Below, piece by piece: positions 13,601-24,221 of a DNA stretch of 64,000 nt (position 1 is its first letter; each line of letters starts with the position of its first letter). The notes beneath the pieces are model-generated. The model worked only from the letters and a program-made list of their open reading frames with translations, searched no databases and was not told where the DNA came from. The position numbers were made by a program, and so were the translations under genes. Location: the NCBI GenBank assembly GCA_000708835.1, contig DF237037.1, positions 124,001 to 188,000 on the forward strand, read 5' to 3'. This stretch comes from Klebsormidium nitens. Lineage: Eukaryota > Plantae > Klebsormidiophyceae.

Positions 13601-16600
13601 CACTCCTAGGTAGCCGCTTTTATCTGGACTGCCGGAATTGTTGTCAGACGCCATGATCTCCGGCGGTCGTCACTCGTTCTTTTTTATTTCGACAAGATGA
13701 CACATCAGAACCGAAGCACTGTGTCGTGCACTTAAGGATCTTTCTCTCAGAAGTATCGAGTCCTCCCGTCTCGGCGGTCAGCTTTCTTCCTCCCTTCTCC
13801 ACGCCTTGCAGTCACAAGTCCCGCCAGCAATCAAGTCCCCGTGAAAGCGAGGTCCTTGCTCGAATCCAAAGTTCCTTGATTCCTTGTATCAGCGTGCTTT
13901 CTGAAACTGAGAACATTCTTATGCGCAGGCCATACGGTGGCAGCTTCAGCGTGGCCAAGGTTGTGGGCTCCCGTTACATCATCATCGCAGGGAACCTGAC
14001 GTACTCCACGATCCAGGCCTTCCTAGCCTACCTCTTCCACCCGGGCTCTACTCGGGGTGAGCAGTCTCGCGACTTAAAATGTGATCCTGCTGGCGCCAGA
14101 AAAGAAAACTTGTTTTCGATTTCTGCTTGGACAACCGCATACTGCTGTGCTGAAAAAGCAGATGATGATCGGGAATTTTGGGTTGAGTGGTCTTGCGACC
14201 AAAAATATGCTCCCGCTGGCGCCCAGAATTAGAAACTTGTATTGTTTTTCTTCTTACGGCGATCGTACACAGTTGCGTCAGAAAAGCAAAGACTATTTGA
14301 GAGCTACGATCCACTACATCTTGGTGGATTGCAACTTTCAAAGTGCTGGTGACATCTACACATCTCGAGGTCCAATCCGTCAGAACCTTCCAGATCTCTG
14401 TCCCCTTGAATCACTAGACCTTGCAGGTTCTATGAGATTTGTGGGAGTTTGTTGGTCCAGGAGCTTCTTGATAAGCACCCAGGATTGCACTAACAAATAA
14501 AAGATTACGCACGTGACCTGCACCTTAACGATGCTAGCTTTATGAACTGGTGCAGAGCCCAAGTGCTCTGATGGCAGCGCTAAGAATCTATCCAAAGTTT
14601 TGGCTGCAATCCGGGCCCAAGACCATCCGCTTGTTTCCTTTTTTGCAGATCTCGCGGCGTTCCCTCTCCGGGTGGTCTTGATGGCCCCATACAAGCCTTC
14701 GTAAGCTTCCTCTACTTCAATGCTTCCACTTCCGCTTGCTGCTGTGCTCGGTCAATACTTTGATGCTCGCTTCGAACAATTTGTCGATTTGTACCAAGGC
14801 ACTCTTAAGCGCTCAAAGCGCTCCAACAGTGCATCCCACAAGACACGAAACCTTCTCATCTAGCAACAAAACCATGAAACTCTAAGATTACTATCCGCAG
14901 ACCCCCTCCGCAGGTTCGAGCTCAAGACCCTCTCAGCATGTACGCCGGCTCCGTCGAGTTGTTGATCCGAGGCGCTCTTCAGCCCTGATACTGCCCAAGC
15001 ATTGCAGTCCACAAAAGATAGAAACTCGGATGTTCTGTTTCTAAATCGGTTACGCAGGTTCGAGCTCAAACGCATGTACCTTGCAGAAAATCCAAATCAT
15101 GACAAAGCCTCAAGACTCTTATGCAGGTTCGAGCTCAAGGGCCTCATCAGCATGTACGCCGGCTTCGTCGAGTTCATCCAGGGCACGCCGTTCCTCAAGG
15201 ACGATCTGGAGCGCGTCGGCGCCAACGCGGCGTCTACCATCTTTTTGCTCCCGGACAAGAGCGTCGAGAACCAGGCGCACGACGACTCGCAGTCGTTCGT
15301 CCGCGCGCTTCGCGTCAGCCGGACCGTCGGAAAGAGGACACGTGTCATCGCGCAAGTGGCCGAGCCGGAGAGCGTCTTTAGCCCAATCTGGGACGGGACC
15401 CACGTGGAGGTGCTGTGCCCCCAAGAGCTGCGCATGCGCCTGCTGGCTCGGAGGTGGGTCTTTCTTTTCAAATCTTCATCGGTTTAAATTGAGTGAGCTT
15501 TAGGTCTAGTAAGCTAACCAGCCTAAGTTGGGTGGGGTTAAGGTGAGTGCGGGTGTACAGCAGGTGAATGTAAGGGTCGATGATTTTGAGGTCAGGGTGG
15601 GAGCTTACTTACCTAAAGCTTGTGGTACCTAGATGACAAGACGTCTTCCTTTCCAGAGAATATTTGGTGTCTCATTTTGGTCTGTACTTAGGATGGGGGT
15701 CCTGTCAGTATCATTCTCCTTTCAAGGGTTTCCGTTCTCAAAGTCAACATCACCAAAGGATTGGACGGCTGTGACAGCATTCGGGCATCTCCGTTGCTTT
15801 CTGCCTGTGCAATCAATACTTCTCCCCGTGCAGCCGCTTCGTGCGCAGCATTTCGACGTTCCTAACCTGTTCATGCGCCCCGTGCACTTCCGCAAAAGGA
15901 TTGGGTGGCAGACAGAATACTATCACAGGGCATGAACGGTTATGACGCGTTTCGGACACCTCACAACCATGCGTGTGAAATTGACCTGACTTTGCATGCA
16001 GCTGCTTCGTGCGCGGCATGTCGACGTTTCTGACCAACCTCTTCACGCGCCCGGTGCACTTCCGGAACCCGCAGAAGGACTGGCTGGCGGAGTATTACCA
16101 CGGGGCGCTCCAGCAGGTCTTCCCGGTGCTGCTGCCGCGGGCCGTCCAGGGACTGCCCTTCGAACAGGTCGGGCATTTGTCAATGTCAACTTTTGAGATC
16201 ATTTTTGAAGACAAGCCACTTAGCCAGTCCTGACGTATTCTCCCATACTCCCCTTCAAAACCATCCATTCTTGGAGCTATTATTGTTGGGAAAAGGAATC
16301 AAGATCTTCAGGGTTTAGACAATGATCTCTGACCGATCCTCGTTTGGCGACCGGGAGATGAGACAACCCGTCCTTGTATTTGTTTGTGACGGCACACGAT
16401 TGCTTGTTGACTGTTCGGCGACCTTTTGGTTGCCGCCGCTGCCTCGCAGACGCCGGCATCCCTGTTTGCGGAAGCCCTTTTTCAACGCAACTACCAGCTC
16501 TTGACCGTATATTTGTTTTACCCAACTCTGAGAAATTCCCCCAGAACGTTGTTGTCGGTTTGCATTATCACTACCCGGCCAAGCAGTGGAAAAATCTTTC

Positions 16601-19600
16601 AGAGAGTCTTAAGTTCCTTTCACCCGTGTGGCCTCTTTCCAACATTGCTGGCTCTTAGAAACCCAGACGCTCCTAGATATGATGTCTGGGATTATTTATT
16701 TCATCTGCTTCGAGACCCCGATCAAATTTTCACGTCCCACAAGCATATACCCATTTCGATATTCAATGATTTCCCAAACCTGAAAGCCCAAACCCTTTGC
16801 TCAGGCGGCGGAGCTGTTCTACCTCCAATACGGCGTCACTCTATTCGCCCTCGACGTCCTTGACGGCGTCGACGGCGAGCGCCACGTGTACCTCTTCCCG
16901 CACCGCCACGTCATCACCGCCACCGACGTCGGGCTCACAATCGCCGCCACGATCCAGTCCGCCGAGCAGATCTCCAAGTTTGGGCAAAAAGACCTGGCGG
17001 AACAGCGCCGCAAACTAGAGAAGGAAAACTCGCTGCTGTGTAACTGCGCGTGCTGCATCCGGGTTACGAAAAGTAGGTTTAAGAAGGAGGAGGACGCGTT
17101 GGAGGCCCTGCAAGCCAGCTGGGCGGAGGAGGGTTTGGGGCCCGGTCAAGGGGAGCTAACCGTTGGTCACGTGCACGGGGCCTCGGTTAAGAGATTGGGG
17201 TCCGCGAGCGAAGGGCGGATCAAGCAAGTGGAACAGATGCGGACCATGATCGATGCCAAGAAGGATCCGAACGGGGTGATGTGGGAAAGGGAAGACGGTC
17301 CTGAGGGGGAGGCGAAGTGCAAGCAGGTGAGCAGGTTTTCCCCGGCCAACAAGCTAGAGACGTTTCCGGGGCGAAAGGGAAGAGGAAAAGGAAAACGGAT
17401 CCGTTGTCTTGCTGTGAGCTTACTGTCACGTGGCCTTCTCGTATCGATCTTAGACGACAGCCAGAAAAGTTGGGAAGAGCACTTGGAGCCTCGTTGTTAT
17501 TCTGTGGCAGCGGCAGGGTCTTACAACTGAGATTTCCAAATGTGGATAGATCGTACGAAACAGCAGGTCAAACGTCACATTACATTTGCATGATTCTTCA
17601 TGAGAGCACACGACGACAAAGTGGATGCAGTGTAATCCCGCTTTCATCAAAGGTCGTGGCTCGTAACCGAGCTGAGTAAACCAGCAATCTCGGCTTTTAG
17701 CCATGGTCGGAAAGCACTCAACCAAGTACTAACCAGGGCCGGTTAAAAGTACCTTTCGCCACGTTTATTTGCAGGTCGCGGGCTTAGAAGAAGCGGTGGA
17801 GCGCCTTCTCGCGTGGCCCCCGGCCTCTAACTTCGGCAAACCCAGCGACGCGGTTATCGAGAAACAAGAGGCCGCAATCCTCGCTAATCTCAAAGAACGG
17901 ACCCTAACCGCAGTAACCCCCGACAAGGGCCCGCTGATCGTTGTCTGCATCTCCAACGCCCCGCCTTCCGACTTATACCATCTGCTTGCGGAACTGAGGG
18001 AGGGCCGGGTTCCGTTCCGGAACGTGGTTATCCTTAACCCGGTCGAGCCCCCGGCGACCGTGTGGGGCCACGCGGGCCTGTTTGAAGGGGTGTATTTCGT
18101 CAAGGGGTCGCCAATGTACGAGCTGGATCTGCTGCGGGCGGGAGTGCTGCAGGCCGGTGAGCGGTGCACTTAGAAATTCCACGTAATCCGGTATTTCCCT
18201 ATTCACATTGTATTGTGAACGCTGGTTCCTGTCCATTTTCGATTGGAAATTTTGGATCACCGGAGGACTCCATTTTCGCTGGGTCACGGGGAAGCTTCGT
18301 TCTCGCAGCGGTATGTCAACACACAACGAGTCAGGCGCTGCACCTTGTTTCGTTGCACCAATTCAAAAATTGGCTTTTTTGTGGTAATCCTGATTTTCCA
18401 TTTCCACACGGGAACTTGCAGCACTGATGATGGCTTGAGCTGTTTGCGGATCCGCAGAGTTCGGCCCCCTGACAGGTCGGAACGTTGCTTTCTGAGCTTC
18501 CCGCAAGCTTAATCTTGCCCTCTGTTGCAAGGGAACCGTTCCTTAATCCGCAGTCGTTGACCCGGAAAGGCTGGACCCGGAAAGCCGTCCTGATTCTCGC
18601 CTAACCTTGTAAAACTCTCGCTTACCTCCTTGACCTTCCCCCTCACAATAAAGGTAGGTGCTCGAAGTAGAGCCTTCAGTTTCAGCCCTGATCACCTTTC
18701 TTAACCTTTCTCCACGGAGTCTTACCGTCTTGTGCGAAGGTGGATTCGTGCGGAACATCAACTCCGGTAAAAGCTCTTAACGGCCCCTGCTTAGCCCCGT
18801 AGAAATATTTGCTCTGCAGAGAAGGTCATCGTGCTGTCCGAAGATGGCGCGGTACGTACCGGCCAGGACACCGCCCGCGAGGACGGTCCCCTCGCGGTCT
18901 CGGCCGACCGCTTCGTGAATGACGTCAACAACCTCATCACCGTTTCCGCCGTTGAGCGGCTGCCACGTGTCAGCCGCCACGGGCTGCCAGCTGCCGACGC
19001 GGACCCAGCCGAAGAGCCCGAGTGGTCGGGGATCGTGCTCGCGGAGATGCAGCGCGAGTTTGCGTTCCTGTTTATGCGGCCCCACAGTTACCTCCACCCG
19101 CGCAAGTTTGACTACATGGTGAGAGTACTCCTACGTATGAAGTCGGTTGCATCAGCCTTGGGTTAGTTGGTTTTGCAGGTTACATCCAGCGTTCGTGGGA
19201 TTTATCTACGCTGTGAAATAGAGACGATTTAGAGGGTTCGTTTTGAAATTTGGAAGACATAGCATTCGTGGTCTGCTGCGCTTGGAGATTGTGATGGTGC
19301 CACCTTGTATTCGGAACTTGTAAGACTCGACATGAACTGGAAATTTTGGTCCGGTTCGCTGCAACCGACGCGAAGGAGTTCCGAAATTGGTATCTCGCAC
19401 ATTTGAGCATGGCGCGGATCGCACTGATGTGCAGGGTGTTGAGTTTTGCCGGTGAGGTTTGGGTGTGAAGCGTCTCATGTCTCAGGTCTGCTATCAGTTA
19501 CTAAGCCCCTGGCCTTCTGAATCGATTTTTAGGGGTCCTTTTTGGGATTCTGAAAATCTACACTCGCAGTAATGAAGCTGGAGATAGACCAGTCCTCACG

Positions 19601-20885
19601 CCTGATACTTACAAGGGTGAAATAGCTTTACAAACCAAATGCAAAAAGGCGGGCTTGCCTTCCTTGCACGCTCAAGCCCGTAACCACTTCCGTTGGCGTC
19701 GCTCTTTGCAGGAGCGGAAAAGGAACGAATCTACGTCGACCCACTACGCACTGTCGTACGCCGATGGAAAAGCGTGGTCACCCGGCATGTTGGACTGCCT
19801 AGTGTAAGCCATGCTCCCTCGCTCTAGTTGTGTTTATACAAAGAAGTCGTCGCGAGGGATTAGCAGTGACACTAATATCTTGCTGGAACCTGAGGTCTTC
19901 AAATTTGGTTTCGGAGTATCTGAATAACGGGACTCTCTTTCAGAAGAGAGCACTCCATCAACGCTCAGAATAACCAAAAAGTGTGCGGGAATCTGGAGAC
20001 GACGCTTGTCAGTGCGCAAGATCTCACGTGGGCTGACGTCAAGATACCATTTTACGACGTCGTTTCTCAAGTGCACGGCGCTACCGCAAATGTCCGGATT
20101 TATGGGCACCGTTCACTGTGCATACTGCGCAATGGTGCTTCGAATCGAGCCGCCCAGAAGGTCTTTTGGCGCTGAAATGTGAAGCGCAACCGTCAGATGG
20201 TTTCGAGAACTTTGCCACAACGCCCTTGAAGAACTCCTCCAACAAGCCGTTCTCAGCAAACAGCAGGAATCTGGATCTCGTGACGGCGAAGCGCATCTGG
20301 ACCAGAGTTCGCGTTCGCAAGCTGCATGAACGTGGTCCGAAAGCACGAAGGTTCTCGCCTCTGTTGCCCCTTGTGGAAACGTCTGCCACATTCTTTAATT
20401 ACTGGGTGCCGAAGTCTCATTCCACCCGGCTTATGCACTTTCTCATCCTCCCGAAGTGTCATTTCAAACCATACCAAGGCTTCCGAAGCGTCTTCCGAAG
20501 AAGTCGCTGCTCTTGAGATTGCATTACTTACTATTATTCGTGCGCTTCTTTTTGCAGCTATGCAACCTTCAGCAACAAGCAGACGATGAGTATCATGCGC
20601 CAGCTTGTGGCGGGGGGGGACGTGGACAGCACAGAAGACGATACCAGCACAGAGGAAGATCTCCCCCCGGAGCAGCGTCTTTTTGAGACGGTTCCCGTCC
20701 CTGAAGAGTATGCGGGCCATTCGTATCGGAGCGTGTTTGTCAGTTTGCTCCACAACCAGGGTTATCTCGCGCTGGGTTTGTATAGGGCCTGGGGCACCAA
20801 AAAGGCACCCATAGCTTATGTTTTCACCAACCCCCCGGGAGATACCCTTGTACAAAAGAATGACCTCGTCTACGTCTTGCGGTGA
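7686..20885 (+). CDS. Slo/BK-family voltage-gated potassium channel with two RCK domains (multi-exon)
   Basis: Phase-consistent exons: 7686-7717 (or alternative 6863-6945), 8225-8401, 8887-9202, 9546-9595, 10086-10175, 10797-10880, 11416-11466, 12276-12364, 12900-13018, 13353-13486, 13929-14056, 14649-14700, 15127-15453, 16002-16167, 16805-17326, 17775-18156, 18820-19118, 19712-19803, 20558-20885. Motifs: S3 GIVDILSILPIF; S4 GLQILRFTRILRIQKVLKR; pore FFDAFYYIIVTISTVGYGDI; RCK1 RPYGGSF..YIIIAGNLT and SCFVRGMSTFLTNLF; RCK2 YATFSNKQTMSIMRQLVAGG and YVFTNPPGDTLVQKNDLVYVL. The 5' start is uncertain. Confidence 0.92.
12608..12899 (+). repeat. Two degenerate tandem copies (~140-bp period) of the acceptor plus 5' part of BK exon 12900
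   Basis: CAG-TCTTCGCCTTTGCGAAGCTGTTTTTCAGTACGTCGAGATGTGGTGG versus the real CAG|TCTTCATCTTTGCGGCGCTTTTTCAGTACATCGAGACGCGGTGG. The intronic CCTGAGTCCTGAA..GGGG.GCCTAACAAACC block is also repeated. Confidence 0.9.
14905..15126 (+). repeat. Two partial copies of the acceptor plus start of BK exon 15127
   Basis: GCAGGTTCGAGCTCAA occurs with the AG ending at 14913, 15057 and 15126 (real). The first copy also carries CAGCATGTACGCCGGCTCCGTCGAGTT. Confidence 0.9.
15820..15935 (+). repeat. Degenerate copy of the acceptor plus ~100 nt of BK exon 16002
   Basis: TGCAG CCGCTTCGTGCGCAGCATTTCGACGTTC...CGTGCACTTCCGC...GAATACTATCACAGGGCA aligns to the real exon with small deletions. Confidence 0.9.
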
Positions 20886-22945
20886 CGAGGGATTTTGAAG
20901 GTGCCGGGCGCGGCAAACCTTTGTGAGTTGAGATCCGTTGACATGAGGATGTATAGGAGCCGTTCAATTGATAAACTTTGGGCCCGGCTTGAGATGCTCT
21001 TTCCGAGGGGCCACTAGTTATACAAGCTGACTCGCCAGAATAGGCAAGTTCCCGGCTCCCGGCTCTTTTCGCTTCCTTCCTTCATGGGAATCCATCTGGG
21101 CCGGCACACTAGAGTTCTGGGATCGTACTGCAAGCCAGGCCGCATACGACGGCAGTGAATGAAGAGAGGGACGTTTCTGTTTGGAGCCGAAAGGAGCCGC
21201 GGCTTCCTCGCTTCCTCGCAAACGCGACGGGATAGGCACGGTGCTTGGCCGTAGTCAAATGGTACGAAACAGCGACATACTAAGAGCAAGTCCTGAGTTA
21301 CGGCAGCCAGATTATCCAAACCACTTTGCCTACCGCAACACGTTTCAAAATAATTCTTAGTGCGTATGTGACGAAAATTGTCTCGGTGCAATCTTTAGAT
21401 CCACTTTGGACCACTTTGGTACGATAATCGTCATTGAAGCTACCTTGGTTGCCAGCTCTAACAGCAGGTACCCGACGATTTTGAGCATTTGTGGTTAGCA
21501 TGGTATTTGCCAAGTTGTCGAAGCTATACGCAAGCTCATGCAACATCTCAGTGCAAAATGGTTAAGAAACTTGGAGGGTCCTATGACTAGACTGCTAGCC
21601 TGAGTAGTGATGAAGTATCTAAACCGTGTGTTGGTTTACTTAAATAAAGTAAACCAATACAGTTTATACTTTAACAAGTGTGTAGTAGTGTTCGCATCTT
21701 GAAGCGATAGCTAGCTCAATCGGGAGACAAACCAATTTCGAATCATAACCGAATCGGTACCGTGTCGATGATCTCCCATATAGCCATCTGTACGGTGCGG
21801 CTATATACCTAGGCTTCAACTCGATGGCATACACATCTTGTACCTAGATTTGAAGCTACCTAGTTGATGTTGATCAGAAGTTGCACAATTTCATTTGCAA
21901 TGGCCGGGCTCAAATCCATTGGTCAAGAAGAAACAACAATCTTCACACCAGGCCATGTCCAAGTTTCCAAAATTTTAAGGCCTACCAAGGGACTTGGAAT
22001 CCTCAAGTCCGACGTTGGCGTTTCCGTGTTGGTAGGTATAAGTTTGCCGCCGCGCACGTAATACCGTATACGTGGCAAGACCGTCGGCTTGCAGTGACTC
22101 AAAGTGTACGGTCGATTACGGTCACTAGCTGCTTGTCACCCTGCCGGCCGCGGCGGTAGTCAGCTACTCATGACCAATGAGTAGCTGACAGATTAGACAG
22201 ATTAATCAGAGAATGACCAATTGCCTCAGATAAGCCCGCCAAGAGACCTGGTATATGAGCTGCGGCCCTTGGAAATGGACCTAAAACTAAAACTCCCCTT
22301 ACCAAACCAACTAATTGTTGAGTTTTCAGGTTGATTCGGAGCCCGACTCCCGAGCATACAAAAAAGAACCTGAAAACTAAACCATGGTCCATCACGCTCT
22401 CAGAAGTCTGCGCAGCCTTTTTAACATCTTAACCACAGAGCTAACGACCCCAGCTTCCGACCATGTCACCGAGAATTTCTAGGGTACGGTAGATGTTGAA
22501 AAATACGAGATTCTAAAAGGAAATGTTCTGTCATAAGGCCAGATTTTTGTAGATACATATTGTGCCAGAACCAAGACCCCAGCATTTTGCAATTAATGCG
22601 GTTCTACACGCGGCGACTTCAAAGCCGTACGGGCTAGAACGAAGACACATCACCATCATCACTACCAGCATTCTATTTCCAATCATCGTTATAGCTTACA
22701 CGTGTCCCCGCGGCCCAACACTGAAGATGTGGGACAGTTACAATTTCGATACCCCGACCAGTGGCGAATGGGTCCGTGAGTTTCTTGAAGGGCGGGGATG
22801 TGCCCCGACACGGATTTAATCCGCTGGTGGAAGGTTGATACTTTGCAACCGGCCGGGATTCCGACCCACGAGCGGCCCCGGGCCACCAGGGCGCCTAGAT
22901 ACTGGCAGCTTTAGAAGTCCCTCAGGGGACTTCATAGGTCAATCA

Positions 22946-22965
22946 NNNNNNNNNNNNNNNNNNNN
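22946..22965. other. Assembly gap (20 N)
   Basis: Run of N in the sequence. Confidence 0.99.
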
Positions 22966-24221
22966 CTATGCAAGGTAGGTGTCGGGAAAATTTAACTGAG
23001 TCACTCGGTTGGGCTAACGGTGACTAGCCGGGAGAAATAACGGTCGGAGTGAAGGACGTCCCACCGCCCAACTTGTCGAGGTTCTTAGTGCTCAGGAGTC
23101 AGAACCGAGTCTAGCTTACGGTGCCGACTGCAGGGCCCAGCGACAATTCCGCCCCAAAATGGCATTTCGGTGGTGTTCGTGCGACGTGCACACAGAATGG
23201 CCGCGCACGGGTGACGACAAGTAATCATGGTAATCATTACAAGTGGTCATCATTTTGTATAGAATGAAATGGCACCGCATAATCATCCCACGTGGCATGG
23301 AAATGTCAGTTCCAAGATCTTTCGCTGGATCTTTTCGGGTTCAGTAGGTTTGCCTTTATGGCGGAAGATACCATACTGTGAAGTATACGGGGACGCGCTT
23401 ATGCTGGCCGCAAATCGATGTTGATATTGGCACAAAAGAATTCAGGAAATGCGTGCATTGACTGGGGTCCCTACCATGCGCGAAGCGACAACGATGTACC
23501 GGTAACTATCAGATCACTCCTCGACCACAGCGCTACGCGCAGACCTTGTTACACGCTGCACCCGGGTGCCAGTACCTTCTTTTGCAAGTGCATCCACTAA
23601 ACGACATATTGGCCCGTAAACTTGGTGGGCCCGGATCCTATACGTATACAGCGTAGTGCATCATGCTGATCCCGAATGACTGCAGGCTGGCCAGCGAAAC
23701 GCCGATCAGTCCGGACATTCGCGGGGCGCATTCACCAAGATGCATGGTGCACGATGCACCGCATTGAAGATGAAGAGGGCTAGTCCTACCTGACAAGAAA
23801 TAGCTCCTGAGTCCCTGCTGGAGACCAAGTACTGGAACGTACCTACCCCTCACTTTCAGCTTCCAGTTTGCAAGGTGACACGCCGCACTGGTTAGCGTGC
23901 CGATCACAATCATCTCAACCCCTGCTGGGTCCCTTGCAATGATCAACGTATGCCACCTTGGCACTTCGGCATTCCCTCCGAACGCATTCTTAGGAGAGAG
24001 GCACCTTCTGCTTGCCCATGTACCAGCTAGACAAGATTTCAGAACGCACATCCTCCCATTCTTCCACCAATGCAAGGCTCCTTCGTCCTCAACTCTGATG
24101 CATTCGCTGCATTCAGTTGCATCGGAGGCTTGATGGTCTTTTCAGCGGAGACGTACACGCTCTGGGCGGTCTCGCAAGTGGCATGCAGCTGGGGGGAGCG
24201 CCACCTGTCCGCTGATCAGCC

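Noticed and set aside
22830-22900. GC-rich segment vaguely resembling a tRNA T-arm or SINE box B
   Set aside because: No GTTCRA consensus and no cloverleaf or box A.
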